Shown here: one piece after another, positions 1 through 8,423 of the stretch
Layout of the letters: every line of letters starts with the position of its first letter
How positions within the stretch are numbered: the first letter of the stretch is position 1
Source of the DNA: Patescibacteria group bacterium
GTDB lineage: Bacteria > Patescibacteriota > Patescibacteriia > PEXW01
DNA: 64,000 bases
Direction: 5' to 3'
Assembly: GCA_041738495.1 (NCBI GenBank)
Contig: JBGSPR010000011.1
Span: 1,495-65,494, forward strand
Notes under the pieces: generated by a model
What the model saw: the letters and a program-made list of their open reading frames with translations, nothing else
Databases searched by the model: none
Told to the model about the DNA's origin: nothing
Program-made: the position numbers and the translations under genes

Positions 1-111
1 AATGGAGCGGAGCTTGAAACCCTTGCCCGCGGGAACGAGCTGCACCATGCGCACCACTTGGTCGCTGACGTCGAGACCCATCGCATTGCTGTAGGGACGC
101 AGGAAACCCAT
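1..111 (-). CDS. pilM: Type IV pilus assembly protein PilM, N-terminal fragment (runs off window start)
   Basis: Manual translation from ATG at 111: MGFLRPYSNAMGLDVSDQVVRMVQL. The GLDxSD actin-like motif is typical of PilM. Starts 1 nt after the pilC stop. Confidence 0.7.
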   Translation of the reverse strand, partial: MGFLRPYSNAMGLDVSDQVVRMVQLVPAGKGFKLRSI

Positions 112-112
112 G

Positions 113-1330
113 CTAGTTGATTTGGTCGGTGAGTGAGTAAATTGGCAGGATGACAGCGACGACGATTCCGGCTACGCCTCCACCGAGGAGGAGGATGAGA
201 ATAGGCTCCAGGATGGAGGTGAGGTTCGCCATAATTTGGTCCACCTCTTCTTCGTAGAACTTCGCAATCTCCTCGCTTATTGTATCAAGGGTACCACTCT
301 CCTCGCCAACCGCCACCATTTGGGAGACGACCGGTGGGTACAGCTTGGGTGTGGACATGAGCACCTTTGCAACGCTGGAGCCTTTCTTGAGCTCCTCGGC
401 AGTGCGCTCCAGGGACTTGCGGAACACCATGTTCCCAATTGTGCGGGAGATTATCTGGAAGGTCTGCACAATGGGGATGTCCGTTTTCAAGAGCGAGCTC
501 AGGTTGCGCGTGAAGCGAGCGAGGTTAATTTTCTTTATGATTGGCCCGATAATTGGGAGAGCGAGAAGCAGCTGGTGCCAGAGGAGGCGTCCCTTCGGGG
601 TGTGGATCCACCATCGGAATGCGAACACGAAGCCAATCGCGCCAGGGATAATGAAGAAGATGTACCCGCGCATGAAGTCGGATATGGCAATGAGAATGCG
701 CGTCGGCAGGGGTAGCGTCCCGCCGGACTGCGTGAAGATTTCTAAGAGTTTCGGCACCACAACTACCATCATAACCGTGCCGAGGACGACCATGGCCACG
801 ACGACGATGGTCGGGTAGGTGAGCGCGCCACGGACTTTTGCAATGAGCTGGTGCTCCTTCTTCATCTGCACGGTGAGACGCATGAGGACATCGTCGAGCT
901 TCCCCGAAACTTCACCCGCTGCCACCATGTTCACGAAGAGCTCCTGGAAAACTTTCGGGTGCTTTGCGAGCGACGAGGAGAGCGTCGCGCCACCTTCGAC
1001 GTCGTGTGCGAGTTCCAGGATGATATTCCGAAACCCCTTGTGTTCGGTTTGCTGGGCGAGCACGTCTAGCGCGTGCCCGAGCGAGAATCCCGTGCGCACC
1101 ATGACCTGCAGGTTCTGCAGGAAGACAATTTTCTGCATCACCGGTACGCCGCCGAAGCTGAAGTTCAAGTTCAATTTCTTCTTCTGCGACGTCGTGGTTG
1201 CCCGCGTGCTCACCAGGGTCAGGCCACGCACGCGCAGCAGGGAAGCCAGGAAGTGCTCATCTTTCGCTTCCTGTGAACCGTGGAGAGTGGCGCCCTGGGT
1301 GTTGCGGGCGACGTAGGAGTACACGGGCAT
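113..1330 (-). CDS. pilC: Type IV pilus inner-membrane platform protein PilC (T2SS F family)
   Basis: 405 aa with two T2SSF repeats (AGEVSGKLD, VGEESGTLD), ALTYP and LEP motifs, three TM segments; follows pilB. Confidence 0.93.
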   Translation of the reverse strand: MPVYSYVARNTQGATLHGSQEAKDEHFLASLLRVRGLTLVSTRATTTSQKKKLNLNFSFGGVPVMQKIVFLQNLQVMVRTGFSLGHALDVLAQQTEHKGFRNIILELAHDVEGGATLSSSLAKHPKVFQELFVNMVAAGEVSGKLDDVLMRLTVQMKKEHQLIAKVRGALTYPTIVVVAMVVLGTVMMVVVVPKLLEIFTQSGGTLPLPTRILIAISDFMRGYIFFIIPGAIGFVFAFRWWIHTPKGRLLWHQLLLALPIIGPIIKKINLARFTRNLSSLLKTDIPIVQTFQIISRTIGNMVFRKSLERTAEELKKGSSVAKVLMSTPKLYPPVVSQMVAVGEESGTLDTISEEIAKFYEEEVDQIMANLTSILEPILILLLGGGVAGIVVAVILPIYSLTDQIN

Positions 1331-1332
1331 GG

Positions 1333-3060
1333 CTACTCTTTCGTTACGCGGAGGACCTCCTCAATCGTCGTGATGCCGTACTTCGCCTTGATGAACCCAT
1401 CTTCCGCCATGGTGAGCATGCCTTGCTGCGCTGCAGCACGTCGGAGGTCTTCGGTCGTGCCCTTGTTCAAAATGAGGTCGGCAATTTCATGGGTCACCTC
1501 GAGTATTTCGTAAATACCAATGCGACCTTTGTACCCTTCATGGTTGCACTGCTTGCAGCCTTTCCCTCGGTAGAAGAGGAGAGATTCTATGGGTGCGGTT
1601 TCGGACATGATTGCTCCTTCGCGAGCGAGCGTCTTCAGGATGAACTGCACGTCGAATTGCTTGTTCAGATCTTCAACCGCTGCCTTGGACAGGGTGTAGC
1701 TCTGGATGCAGTGCAGGCAGATTTTCCTCACCAAGCGTTGGGCCATGAGGATGTTCGTGGTCGACGCAATGAGGAACGAGGGCACGCCCATTTCCCCCAG
1801 GCGGGGGAGGGCAGTGACCGCGTCGTTCGTGTGCAACGTGGAGAGCACGAGGTGGCCGGTCATGGCAGCATTCGCGGCAATTTCGGCAGTCTCGTTGTCT
1901 CGGATTTCCCCAACCATGATGATGTTCGGGTCTTGTCGGAGCAGGGAACGGAGGCCACCGGCAAAGGTGAAGCCAATTTTGGGATTCACCTGGCTCTGGT
2001 TCACCTTGGGCATGCGGTACTCAATGGGATCTTCCACGGTCGAGATATTCACCTCAGGCTTGTTCAGAATGTTCAGGACAGTGTAGAGGGTGGTGGTCTT
2101 CCCCGAGCCAGTTGGTCCGGTGACCAGGATAATCCCGTGTGGCTTCTTGATGTTCCGCTTCAGCATTTCCAACGGTCGTGGCTGCAGGCCGAGCTGCTCG
2201 AGGGAGAGCACCTGCGCCGATTCGTTGAGCAAGCGGAGGACGGCTTTCTCCCCGTCGTACACCGGGAGAATGGAAACGCGGAACGCAACTTTGTAGTCCT
2301 TCGTGGTGATGGTGAATCGCCCATCCTGTGGGAGGCGATGCTCGTCAATTTTTAGGTTCGAGAGAATTTTTATGCGCGCGATGATGCCAGACTGCGTGGT
2401 TTTCGGCAGAGTCATGACCTGCTTCAGTCGACCGTCTATGCGGTACCGAACGATGAGGTCGGCTTCCTGTGGTTCGATGTGGATGTCCGACGCGCTCTCG
2501 AAGATAGCGTACTCCAGCATGCTATCCACAATGCGTACAATCGGCACGTCCTCGGCGAGGTCGGTGAGTTTCTTGCCGCCCTCGTCGTCTGCGTCTACTG
2601 GCTCCTTCGAGATTTCCTTGAACGTTGCGGAAAGCCCTTTGTGGAACTGCGAGAGCGCATTCTTTATGCTCGAAGGTGTGGTAATGGCAATGTCCGCCTG
2701 GAGTCCGGTTTTCTTCTTGATGAATTCAATCGTCTGCAGGTCCCGAGGATCCAGTGTAGCGAGTTTAATGCGCTTGGGATCCATGTCGTACGCAACAACT
2801 TGGTGTACCTGGACGAGTGGTTCTGGAACTGCCTCGAGTACATCCTTGCGAATGGTTACTTGGCGTAGGTCAATGAACGGTAACTTGTAGTACGAGGCAA
2901 TAGTCTCGTACAAGACGTTCTCCGAGAGGATGTTACTGTCTACGAGGTGTCGGTCTAAATCAACATTCGCCTTTTCTGCAGCAGCAACAGCCGCCGCGAG
3001 ATCTGTCTCGGGGAGGACATTTGCATTCGTAAGGATTTTTGCCAGGGTCGCCGACTTCAT
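1333..3060 (-). CDS. pilB: Type IV pilus extension ATPase PilB (GspE/PulE family)
   Basis: ASDIHIEP, RLPQDG, Walker A GPTGSGKTT, TVEDPIE, LRQDPNIIMVGEIRD, TGHLVLSTLH, Zn CxxC pairs, GYKGRIGIYE. Confidence 0.95.
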   Translation of the reverse strand: MKSATLAKILTNANVLPETDLAAAVAAAEKANVDLDRHLVDSNILSENVLYETIASYYKLPFIDLRQVTIRKDVLEAVPEPLVQVHQVVAYDMDPKRIKLATLDPRDLQTIEFIKKKTGLQADIAITTPSSIKNALSQFHKGLSATFKEISKEPVDADDEGGKKLTDLAEDVPIVRIVDSMLEYAIFESASDIHIEPQEADLIVRYRIDGRLKQVMTLPKTTQSGIIARIKILSNLKIDEHRLPQDGRFTITTKDYKVAFRVSILPVYDGEKAVLRLLNESAQVLSLEQLGLQPRPLEMLKRNIKKPHGIILVTGPTGSGKTTTLYTVLNILNKPEVNISTVEDPIEYRMPKVNQSQVNPKIGFTFAGGLRSLLRQDPNIIMVGEIRDNETAEIAANAAMTGHLVLSTLHTNDAVTALPRLGEMGVPSFLIASTTNILMAQRLVRKICLHCIQSYTLSKAAVEDLNKQFDVQFILKTLAREGAIMSETAPIESLLFYRGKGCKQCNHEGYKGRIGIYEILEVTHEIADLILNKGTTEDLRRAAAQQGMLTMAEDGFIKAKYGITTIEEVLRVTKE

Positions 3061-3083
3061 GAAGGCGTTGTGCCTGAGTGCAT
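3057..3083 (-). CDS. Putative 8-codon leader ORF (MHSGTTPS) coupled to pilB
   Basis: ATG lies 9 nt after a -10 box, and its TGA overlaps the pilB ATG (ATGA). May be incidental. Confidence 0.3.
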   Translation of the reverse strand: MHSGTTPS

Positions 3084-3092
3084 GGTGCCTCC

Positions 3093-3121
3093 ATTATGCT
3101 AAAAAAACTCGCAACCGTCAA
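3093..3121 (-). promoter_or_regulatory. Sigma70-type promoter for pilB-pilC-pilM
   Basis: TTGACG (3121-3116), 17 nt spacer, CATAAT (3098-3093). Confidence 0.6.
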
Positions 3122-4980
3122 CGTGCGGGTGCTGGAGCTCGGCCGTTTCGGAAGTCGAAGACATTGATGGATCCGCCAATCCGCGCGTCAGGTTCGTAGT
3201 CGTTCAGCCACCAGTACGCGCCATCCCGGGAGAGCTGGCTCGTGATGCTTATTGCAACCACGCAGTTCACATCCATCGGTTCGTGCGGATCAGTGCGGGT
3301 AGGGAGGTAGCGGTAGTCCACGCCGTAGTAGACGAGGTCTGCTTGGCCGAAGTAGCTCATGCACACGTGCGAGATGTTCCGTTCGGCCATGTACGTTCGG
3401 AGTCGTTTCAGATCTTGACCCCAGTCGACGTTTGAATCAACGAGGTACCGTGACCCGCGCGGTGTGCCGCCGGCGAATTCAGAGAAGTAGGAGGTGTAGG
3501 TGGGGTAGGCGAGCCAGCTCGTGAGGATGTACGCTGCACCGATAGTGCCCATCAGGACTTGGAAGCTCCGTGAGGCTCGGGCGAAGGTGCTCGCGTAGAG
3601 CGCGCCCGCAACAATGAAGAGTACTACGTACGCAGGGAAAATGTGACGAATCCCCAGGTTCAGGCTACTCGACATGCTCCAGAGCATGTACGCGAGTGCT
3701 GACCACCCAACCAGGTGAGCGGCTGTTGAGAATCGTTGCCCTTGCACCACGCGCGTGCGGATGAGTGCGGCGATCGAAATGACGGTGATGGTGAGCGTTG
3801 CTGCTGGAAGTTTGACGAGGAGGGCGAAGGGGAAGTACCACCACCAGCCGAAGTTTGAGTACATGCCGTTGAGGTACGCGAGGTGCCCCCAGTACTCGTG
3901 GTTGATGACGAGTGCGAAACCTTTGAGGTACGAGAACGCCGGGATTGGCGTATCGAGGAGAAAACTGCGAACCGCGCGCCCGAGTCCGGTTGCGGGGTCA
4001 GTTGCCTTGATGATGCGCTGCACGGCAGGTGGTTGGTCAGCAACGCGCGCGTCAGCGGTCACGCGCTCTCGTTCTGCAACCAGTGCTTGCACCCACGGGT
4101 CGCTACCACCCGCCTTCACTTGGCCGAAGTAGCACGTGAATGCAGCGAGCACGGTGCCACCTACGGCAACTGCAGCAACGACGCCAGCGCGCTTCAGCGC
4201 AGTGCGGAAATTTCCCGACCGACGCCACACGGTTGCCCCCGTTGCGGCGATGGCAATGAGCAGGAGGAATGCAGCCGAGTACTTCGTCATCTGGGCGAGA
4301 CCGAAAACCACGCCGAAGGTAGCGAGCGTCTGCCACGACCAGCGCTCCAGGAGACGCGCGAGTACGTAGAGCGTGGCGAGGTACGCTAGGGTGACGCCAA
4401 CGTCGGTAGTGACGTACCTGCCGTGGGCGAGGAAGTTTGGATCGAGTGCGAACCAGCCAAGTGCGAACAGCCCGCCCGCATCCCCAGCGAGCTTCCTGCC
4501 CCAGAGGTACACCATGAGCCCGAGACCTGCGCTGAGGGCAACCATCACCAGCCGGCCGAGGAAGAGCACGTGGTCTGCGTCGTTCCCACTGTGGTAGAGG
4601 AATTCTCGAGCAAACGCCCACTGGTTTCCCTCATTCCAGGCGGGGGAGTTGATGGGCACTTCGGGTGAGCTCAGGACAACCGGGAGTGCAGCGAGGAGTT
4701 TGATGAGTGGCGGGTGCTCCTCGTTGAGTCGAAAATCCCGCGTCTTCCAGTAGGAAACGCCTGCTGCGAGGTGCACGCCCTCATCGACAGTCTGGACTTC
4801 CTCGCGCATCGAGGTAATCTGGAGAGTAGCCATGACGCACAGTACCCCAGCAACGATTGTCCGGCGTACCCAGGGTCGGATGTGGATCCACCGATCTCTC
4901 ACTCCACTCTGGAAGTCGCGTGAACGCTGGCCTGTACTTGGGTCAGGCATTGGATTGGCTGTTGCGTGGGTCATAGTCAT
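3118..4980 (-). CDS. GT-C fold membrane glycosyltransferase (GT39/ArnT-PMT-like); start uncertain (ATG 4980 or GTG 4902)
   Basis: TVDEGVH, EHPPLIK, VTTD, KYS, GIRH and DSNVDWGQD motifs; many TM helices. Confidence 0.8.
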   Translation of the reverse strand: MTMTHATANPMPDPSTGQRSRDFQSGVRDRWIHIRPWVRRTIVAGVLCVMATLQITSMREEVQTVDEGVHLAAGVSYWKTRDFRLNEEHPPLIKLLAALPVVLSSPEVPINSPAWNEGNQWAFAREFLYHSGNDADHVLFLGRLVMVALSAGLGLMVYLWGRKLAGDAGGLFALGWFALDPNFLAHGRYVTTDVGVTLAYLATLYVLARLLERWSWQTLATFGVVFGLAQMTKYSAAFLLLIAIAATGATVWRRSGNFRTALKRAGVVAAVAVGGTVLAAFTCYFGQVKAGGSDPWVQALVAERERVTADARVADQPPAVQRIIKATDPATGLGRAVRSFLLDTPIPAFSYLKGFALVINHEYWGHLAYLNGMYSNFGWWWYFPFALLVKLPAATLTITVISIAALIRTRVVQGQRFSTAAHLVGWSALAYMLWSMSSSLNLGIRHIFPAYVVLFIVAGALYASTFARASRSFQVLMGTIGAAYILTSWLAYPTYTSYFSEFAGGTPRGSRYLVDSNVDWGQDLKRLRTYMAERNISHVCMSYFGQADLVYYGVDYRYLPTRTDPHEPMDVNCVVAISITSQLSRDGAYWWLNDYEPDARIGGSINVFDFRNGRAPAPAR

Positions 4981-5245
4981 CAGCGGGTATCCTCCAGGAA
5001 TGCAAAGCGTTGTAACACATTATAGCATTCCCTTTGGCATCGACGGCATTGGTGCGTGGTGGCACGTCTGGATGGTGCCAGCACTGGCGACCCTCATCCT
5101 GCTCGTGAGTCTGCTCTGGTTGCTCCCATTCCTCCGACGTCGCCAACCTGGAACGGTGAGCCTCATTCACACCTCTTCATTCCTGTGCAGCGCTGGTGTT
5201 GCCTGGGGAATTTTCCTCCTGCGTGTCCAGCAGGTTCCTGTATGA
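4880..5245 (+). CDS. Small 3-TM membrane protein (HY-x-x-x-FGID motif, DUF1648-like), first gene of the dcw operon
   Basis: VVTHYSIPFGIDGIGAWW flanked by hydrophobic helices; TGA overlaps the mraY ATG (ATGA). Confidence 0.6.
   Translation: MWIHRSLTPLWKSRERWPVLGSGIGLAVAWVIVISGYPPGMQSVVTHYSIPFGIDGIGAWWHVWMVPALATLILLVSLLWLLPFLRRRQPGTVSLIHTSSFLCSAGVAWGIFLLRVQQVPV
5019..5027 (-). promoter_or_regulatory. Extended -10 element (TGCTATAAT), possibly driving the GT39 gene
   Basis: Perfect TGnTATAAT, followed by GGAGG (4995-4991) 10 nt before ATG 4980. No clear -35; lies inside the opposite-strand ORF. Confidence 0.35.
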
Positions 5246-6291
5246 TCGACAACTACACAGTCATTCGCCTCTTCTTCCTGGCAACCGTGTCGTTCATCGT
5301 CGCCATGGCGTTCACGCCGCTCTGGGCAGGTGTGCTCTACCGCTACCGGTTGGGGAAGAAGATTCGTGCGGCGGCTGATGCCCCCGTGTTCGCGAAGTTC
5401 CATGAGAAGAAGTCTGGAACCCCAACCATGGGCGGGGTCATTGTGTGGCTCACTGCGTTCGTCATTGCCGTGCTGTTCTTCCTCATCCGCCAAATCATCC
5501 CGTCTGGGTTCTGGCACGAGCTCAACTTCCTCACCCGGCAGCAGACCTGGCTCCCCATAGGTGCTCTGGTTGCGTCGGCGCTTGTCGGCTTGGTTGACGA
5601 TTACTTCAACGTTCGGGGTTGGGGCCCGAAAGGTGGCGGACTGCAGGTGCGGCACAAGCTACTCATCTACTCGGCGATCGCTGTGGTCGGGGCGTGGTGG
5701 TTCTTCGCCAAGCTCGGCTTCAGCACCATGCACGTCCCATTCCTCGGAAACTTTGAAATTGGCTGGTGGTACGTGCCGCTCTTCATTGTCGTCATCGTTT
5801 CCACGGCGTTCTCGGTAAACGAAGTGGATGGCCTCGATGGATTGGCCGGGGGAACGCTACTCGCAGCATTCGTGGCATTCGGTGCGATTGCCTTCGTGCA
5901 GGATCGTTTCGAGCTCGCCACGTTCTGCGCGGTCATTGCTGGCGCCTTGCTCGCCTTCCTCTGGTTCAACATCCCACCCGCCCGCTTCTTCATGGGGGAT
6001 ACGGGTGCGATGTCGCTGGGCGTAACCTTAGGTATCGTTGCCATGCTCACGAATACCGCGCTGCTCTTGCCAGTCATTGGGTTGCTGTTCGTCGTGGAAT
6101 CCGCCAGCGTCATTATCCAGGTCGTCTCCAAACGCTTCCGCGGGGTGAAGGTTTTCCAATCAGCGCCGCTCCACCACCACCTCGAAGCCATTGGCTGGCC
6201 AGAGGCGAAGATCGTCATGCGATTCTGGGTTATTGCGGCGGTTACTGCGGTCATTGGCGTCGTCCTGTACCTCGTCGACCACACGCTGTAA
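5242..6291 (+). CDS. mraY: Phospho-N-acetylmuramoyl-pentapeptide transferase MraY
   Basis: KSGTPTMGG, GLVDD, NEVDGLDGLA, FMGDTG, APLHHHLE. Start reassigned to ATG 5242. Confidence 0.95.
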   Translation: MIDNYTVIRLFFLATVSFIVAMAFTPLWAGVLYRYRLGKKIRAAADAPVFAKFHEKKSGTPTMGGVIVWLTAFVIAVLFFLIRQIIPSGFWHELNFLTRQQTWLPIGALVASALVGLVDDYFNVRGWGPKGGGLQVRHKLLIYSAIAVVGAWWFFAKLGFSTMHVPFLGNFEIGWWYVPLFIVVIVSTAFSVNEVDGLDGLAGGTLLAAFVAFGAIAFVQDRFELATFCAVIAGALLAFLWFNIPPARFFMGDTGAMSLGVTLGIVAMLTNTALLLPVIGLLFVVESASVIIQVVSKRFRGVKVFQSAPLHHHLEAIGWPEAKIVMRFWVIAAVTAVIGVVLYLVDHTL

Positions 6292-6297
6292 CCTGCG

Positions 6298-6326
6298 TCG
6301 ACCACGCTGCACGTGCGTGGTATGCT
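6298..6326 (+). promoter_or_regulatory. Leaderless-type promoter of pgeF-murD
   Basis: TCGACC, 17 nt, TATGCT (with extended TG), 6 nt, ATG 6333. Confidence 0.55.
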
Positions 6327-6332
6327 TCGGGT

Positions 6333-8423
6333 ATGCAGGCTTTTCAGTCCGCGATGCTTGCGGGACTCCCAGGCATAACGCACGGGACTGCATCCCGGTT
6401 CGCACAACCGCTCACCTTTTCTGGCCACCCTGTTCGTCGAGTGCGTGAAGCTCGACGACGCTTCTGCACATCCCTGGGAATTTCGCCAGATCACCTCACG
6501 CTAGGTCGTCAGGTGCACGGAGCCCGTGTTCGCGTCGTGACGGAATCCCACCGTGGCGCGGGAAGCGGCGACCCGGCAACCTACCTAGCCAGCACAGGCG
6601 GTTTACTCACCCAGCGTCCCGGTATTGCCTTGGGAGTGTTCACTGCCGATTGCGTGCCCGTACTCTTGCACGACCCAGTAACCGGGTGGATTGGAGCACT
6701 GCACGTTGGGTGGCGCGGGGCAGTGGCAGGAATCGTTCGTGCCGCAACACACCAGCTCACGCAGCACGGTGTAGACGTTCGTGATGTACGCGTGTGGCTA
6801 GGTCCAGCCATCTGTGGACGCTGCTTCTCTTTCGATAGTGCATCGCAAGCCAAGGATCTCCGCCGAGCATTCTCTGGCGTGGCCGTCCGTGCCCGTGCGG
6901 GTGGCTACACCGCAGATCTCCGCGCGGGCATTCGCCAGCAGTTCATCCGCCTCGGGTACCGCGCTCGTTCCATCGACGTTTCCCCCACGTGCACTGCCGA
7001 GAATCCTGCACTCCCATCCCGACGACGAGATGGCCCAACGCACGCGAATACGCTCAGTGTTATTACGCGGAATGCACTCCCGGGTGACCTGCGTGGAGCG
7101 ACCGTAGCAATCCTCGGCTTCGGCGTGCAGGGAGGAGGGGAATCTGCCCTGCGCTACGCGCTCCGCTCATACGCACAGGAAATTCTCGTTGTGGATGACC
7201 AGCCCCTCCGCACGTTCACAAAAGCTCGGCGTGCGTACCGCGACGTGCGCGTGCGCTGGATGTGCGGTTCGCGTGCAGCGAGTGCGCCGGCACGCGTCGA
7301 CGTTGTCGTGAAGAATCCTGGCGTACCACTCGACCACCCGTACCTGAAACGCGCGCGTGCGGCTGGGGCGCAAGTGTGGACGGACATTGGGATTTTCCGG
7401 GCAACCCATGACAACCCCATTATCGCAGTTACCGGCACGAAGGGAAAAACGACGGTGGCGACGTGGTTAGCCTACGTACTGCGGGCAACGCACCAACGCG
7501 TGGAGCTCGCAGGGAACGTGCGGCGCTCGCCGCTCGACATCGTCAACCTCCCACCTACAACGCCCGTTGTCCTGGAACTCTCGTCGTTCCAGCTGGAAGC
7601 GCTGGAGCAGCCGTTGCGCGCGCGCCTCGCAGTAGTAACCAATCTCTACCCCGACCACCTCAATCGTCACGTGACTATGCGGGCGTACGCGCAGGTGAAA
7701 TCCCGCATTGCAGATGGGCAGAGCCCGCAGGACGCGCTCATCTTGCCTCTGGATAGTGCGTGGGCGCGCAATTACCAAGGTCGTTCGAGAGCGCGCACTT
7801 TGTGGACGGACGCGAAGCCGAACCGTCGCGCGCAGGCGATGGTGCGGGGCGGCTGGATTGTGGTTCGTGGGAAGCGGCTTGTGGAAACGCGTACGCTCCT
7901 GCTCCAGGATGCAGCTAGTCTTCGCAATGCAGTGACGGTCGCACTCGCGGCTATTGAACTGGGTGTGCCGAGAAAGCACGTCGTGGCCCGTCTTCGCTCG
8001 TTCCGCGGTGTACCTGAACGTTTCGAAACCATTCGGGAATTCCGTACGCGGAGGTTCATCAACGATACAACAGCAACGAATCCCGTGGCCACCGCCGTGG
8101 GTTTGCAGAGCGTGCGCAAAGCATTCGTGCTCATTGCAGGAGGTGCGGACAAGGGGTTGCCACTCACGCCGCTCGTCCAGCAAGCGCGCCGCGCTCGAGC
8201 GGTTATCTTGCTGCCTGGCACTGCAACGCCTCGCCTTGCTCGCGCACTGCGCGGGCATCCAGTTGTCCGCGTGGGCTCCATGCGTGCTGCCGTTCAACGA
8301 GCCTGGGGCGCGTCACAGCCAGGGGATGCGATCATCTTGTCACCTGGCGCCGCGAGTTTCGGCCTGTTCACGAATGAGTTTGACCGAGGCGCTCAGTTCA
8401 CCGCTGCAGTGCGCGCGCTATGA
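6333..8423 (+). CDS. murD: Fusion of PgeF/YfiH (laccase-domain peptidoglycan editing factor) and UDP-MurNAc-L-Ala:D-Glu ligase MurD, 696 aa
   Basis: N-terminal part has QVHG, TADCVPVLL, HVGWRG, GPAICGRCF (YfiH). C-terminal part has VKNPGVP, GTKGKTT, ELSSFQL, PDHLNRH, INDTTATNP, GGADK, LSPGAASFGLF (MurD). Continuous frame across the junction at about 7070-7090. Confidence 0.9.
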   Translation: MQAFQSAMLAGLPGITHGTASRFAQPLTFSGHPVRRVREARRRFCTSLGISPDHLTLGRQVHGARVRVVTESHRGAGSGDPATYLASTGGLLTQRPGIALGVFTADCVPVLLHDPVTGWIGALHVGWRGAVAGIVRAATHQLTQHGVDVRDVRVWLGPAICGRCFSFDSASQAKDLRRAFSGVAVRARAGGYTADLRAGIRQQFIRLGYRARSIDVSPTCTAENPALPSRRRDGPTHANTLSVITRNALPGDLRGATVAILGFGVQGGGESALRYALRSYAQEILVVDDQPLRTFTKARRAYRDVRVRWMCGSRAASAPARVDVVVKNPGVPLDHPYLKRARAAGAQVWTDIGIFRATHDNPIIAVTGTKGKTTVATWLAYVLRATHQRVELAGNVRRSPLDIVNLPPTTPVVLELSSFQLEALEQPLRARLAVVTNLYPDHLNRHVTMRAYAQVKSRIADGQSPQDALILPLDSAWARNYQGRSRARTLWTDAKPNRRAQAMVRGGWIVVRGKRLVETRTLLLQDAASLRNAVTVALAAIELGVPRKHVVARLRSFRGVPERFETIREFRTRRFINDTTATNPVATAVGLQSVRKAFVLIAGGADKGLPLTPLVQQARRARAVILLPGTATPRLARALRGHPVVRVGSMRAAVQRAWGASQPGDAIILSPGAASFGLFTNEFDRGAQFTAAVRAL

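Noticed and set aside
1198-2355. 385-aa plus-strand ORF, and similar long antisense ORFs (10569-11702, 44821-45708, 51139-52107)
   Set aside because: Each lies opposite a well-supported gene and has no recognisable domain.
5766-6332. Extra 189-aa N-terminus on the 885-aa ORF, suggesting a triple fusion
   Set aside because: It overlaps mraY in another frame and is low-information sequence; the promoter and YfiH homology place the start at 6333.
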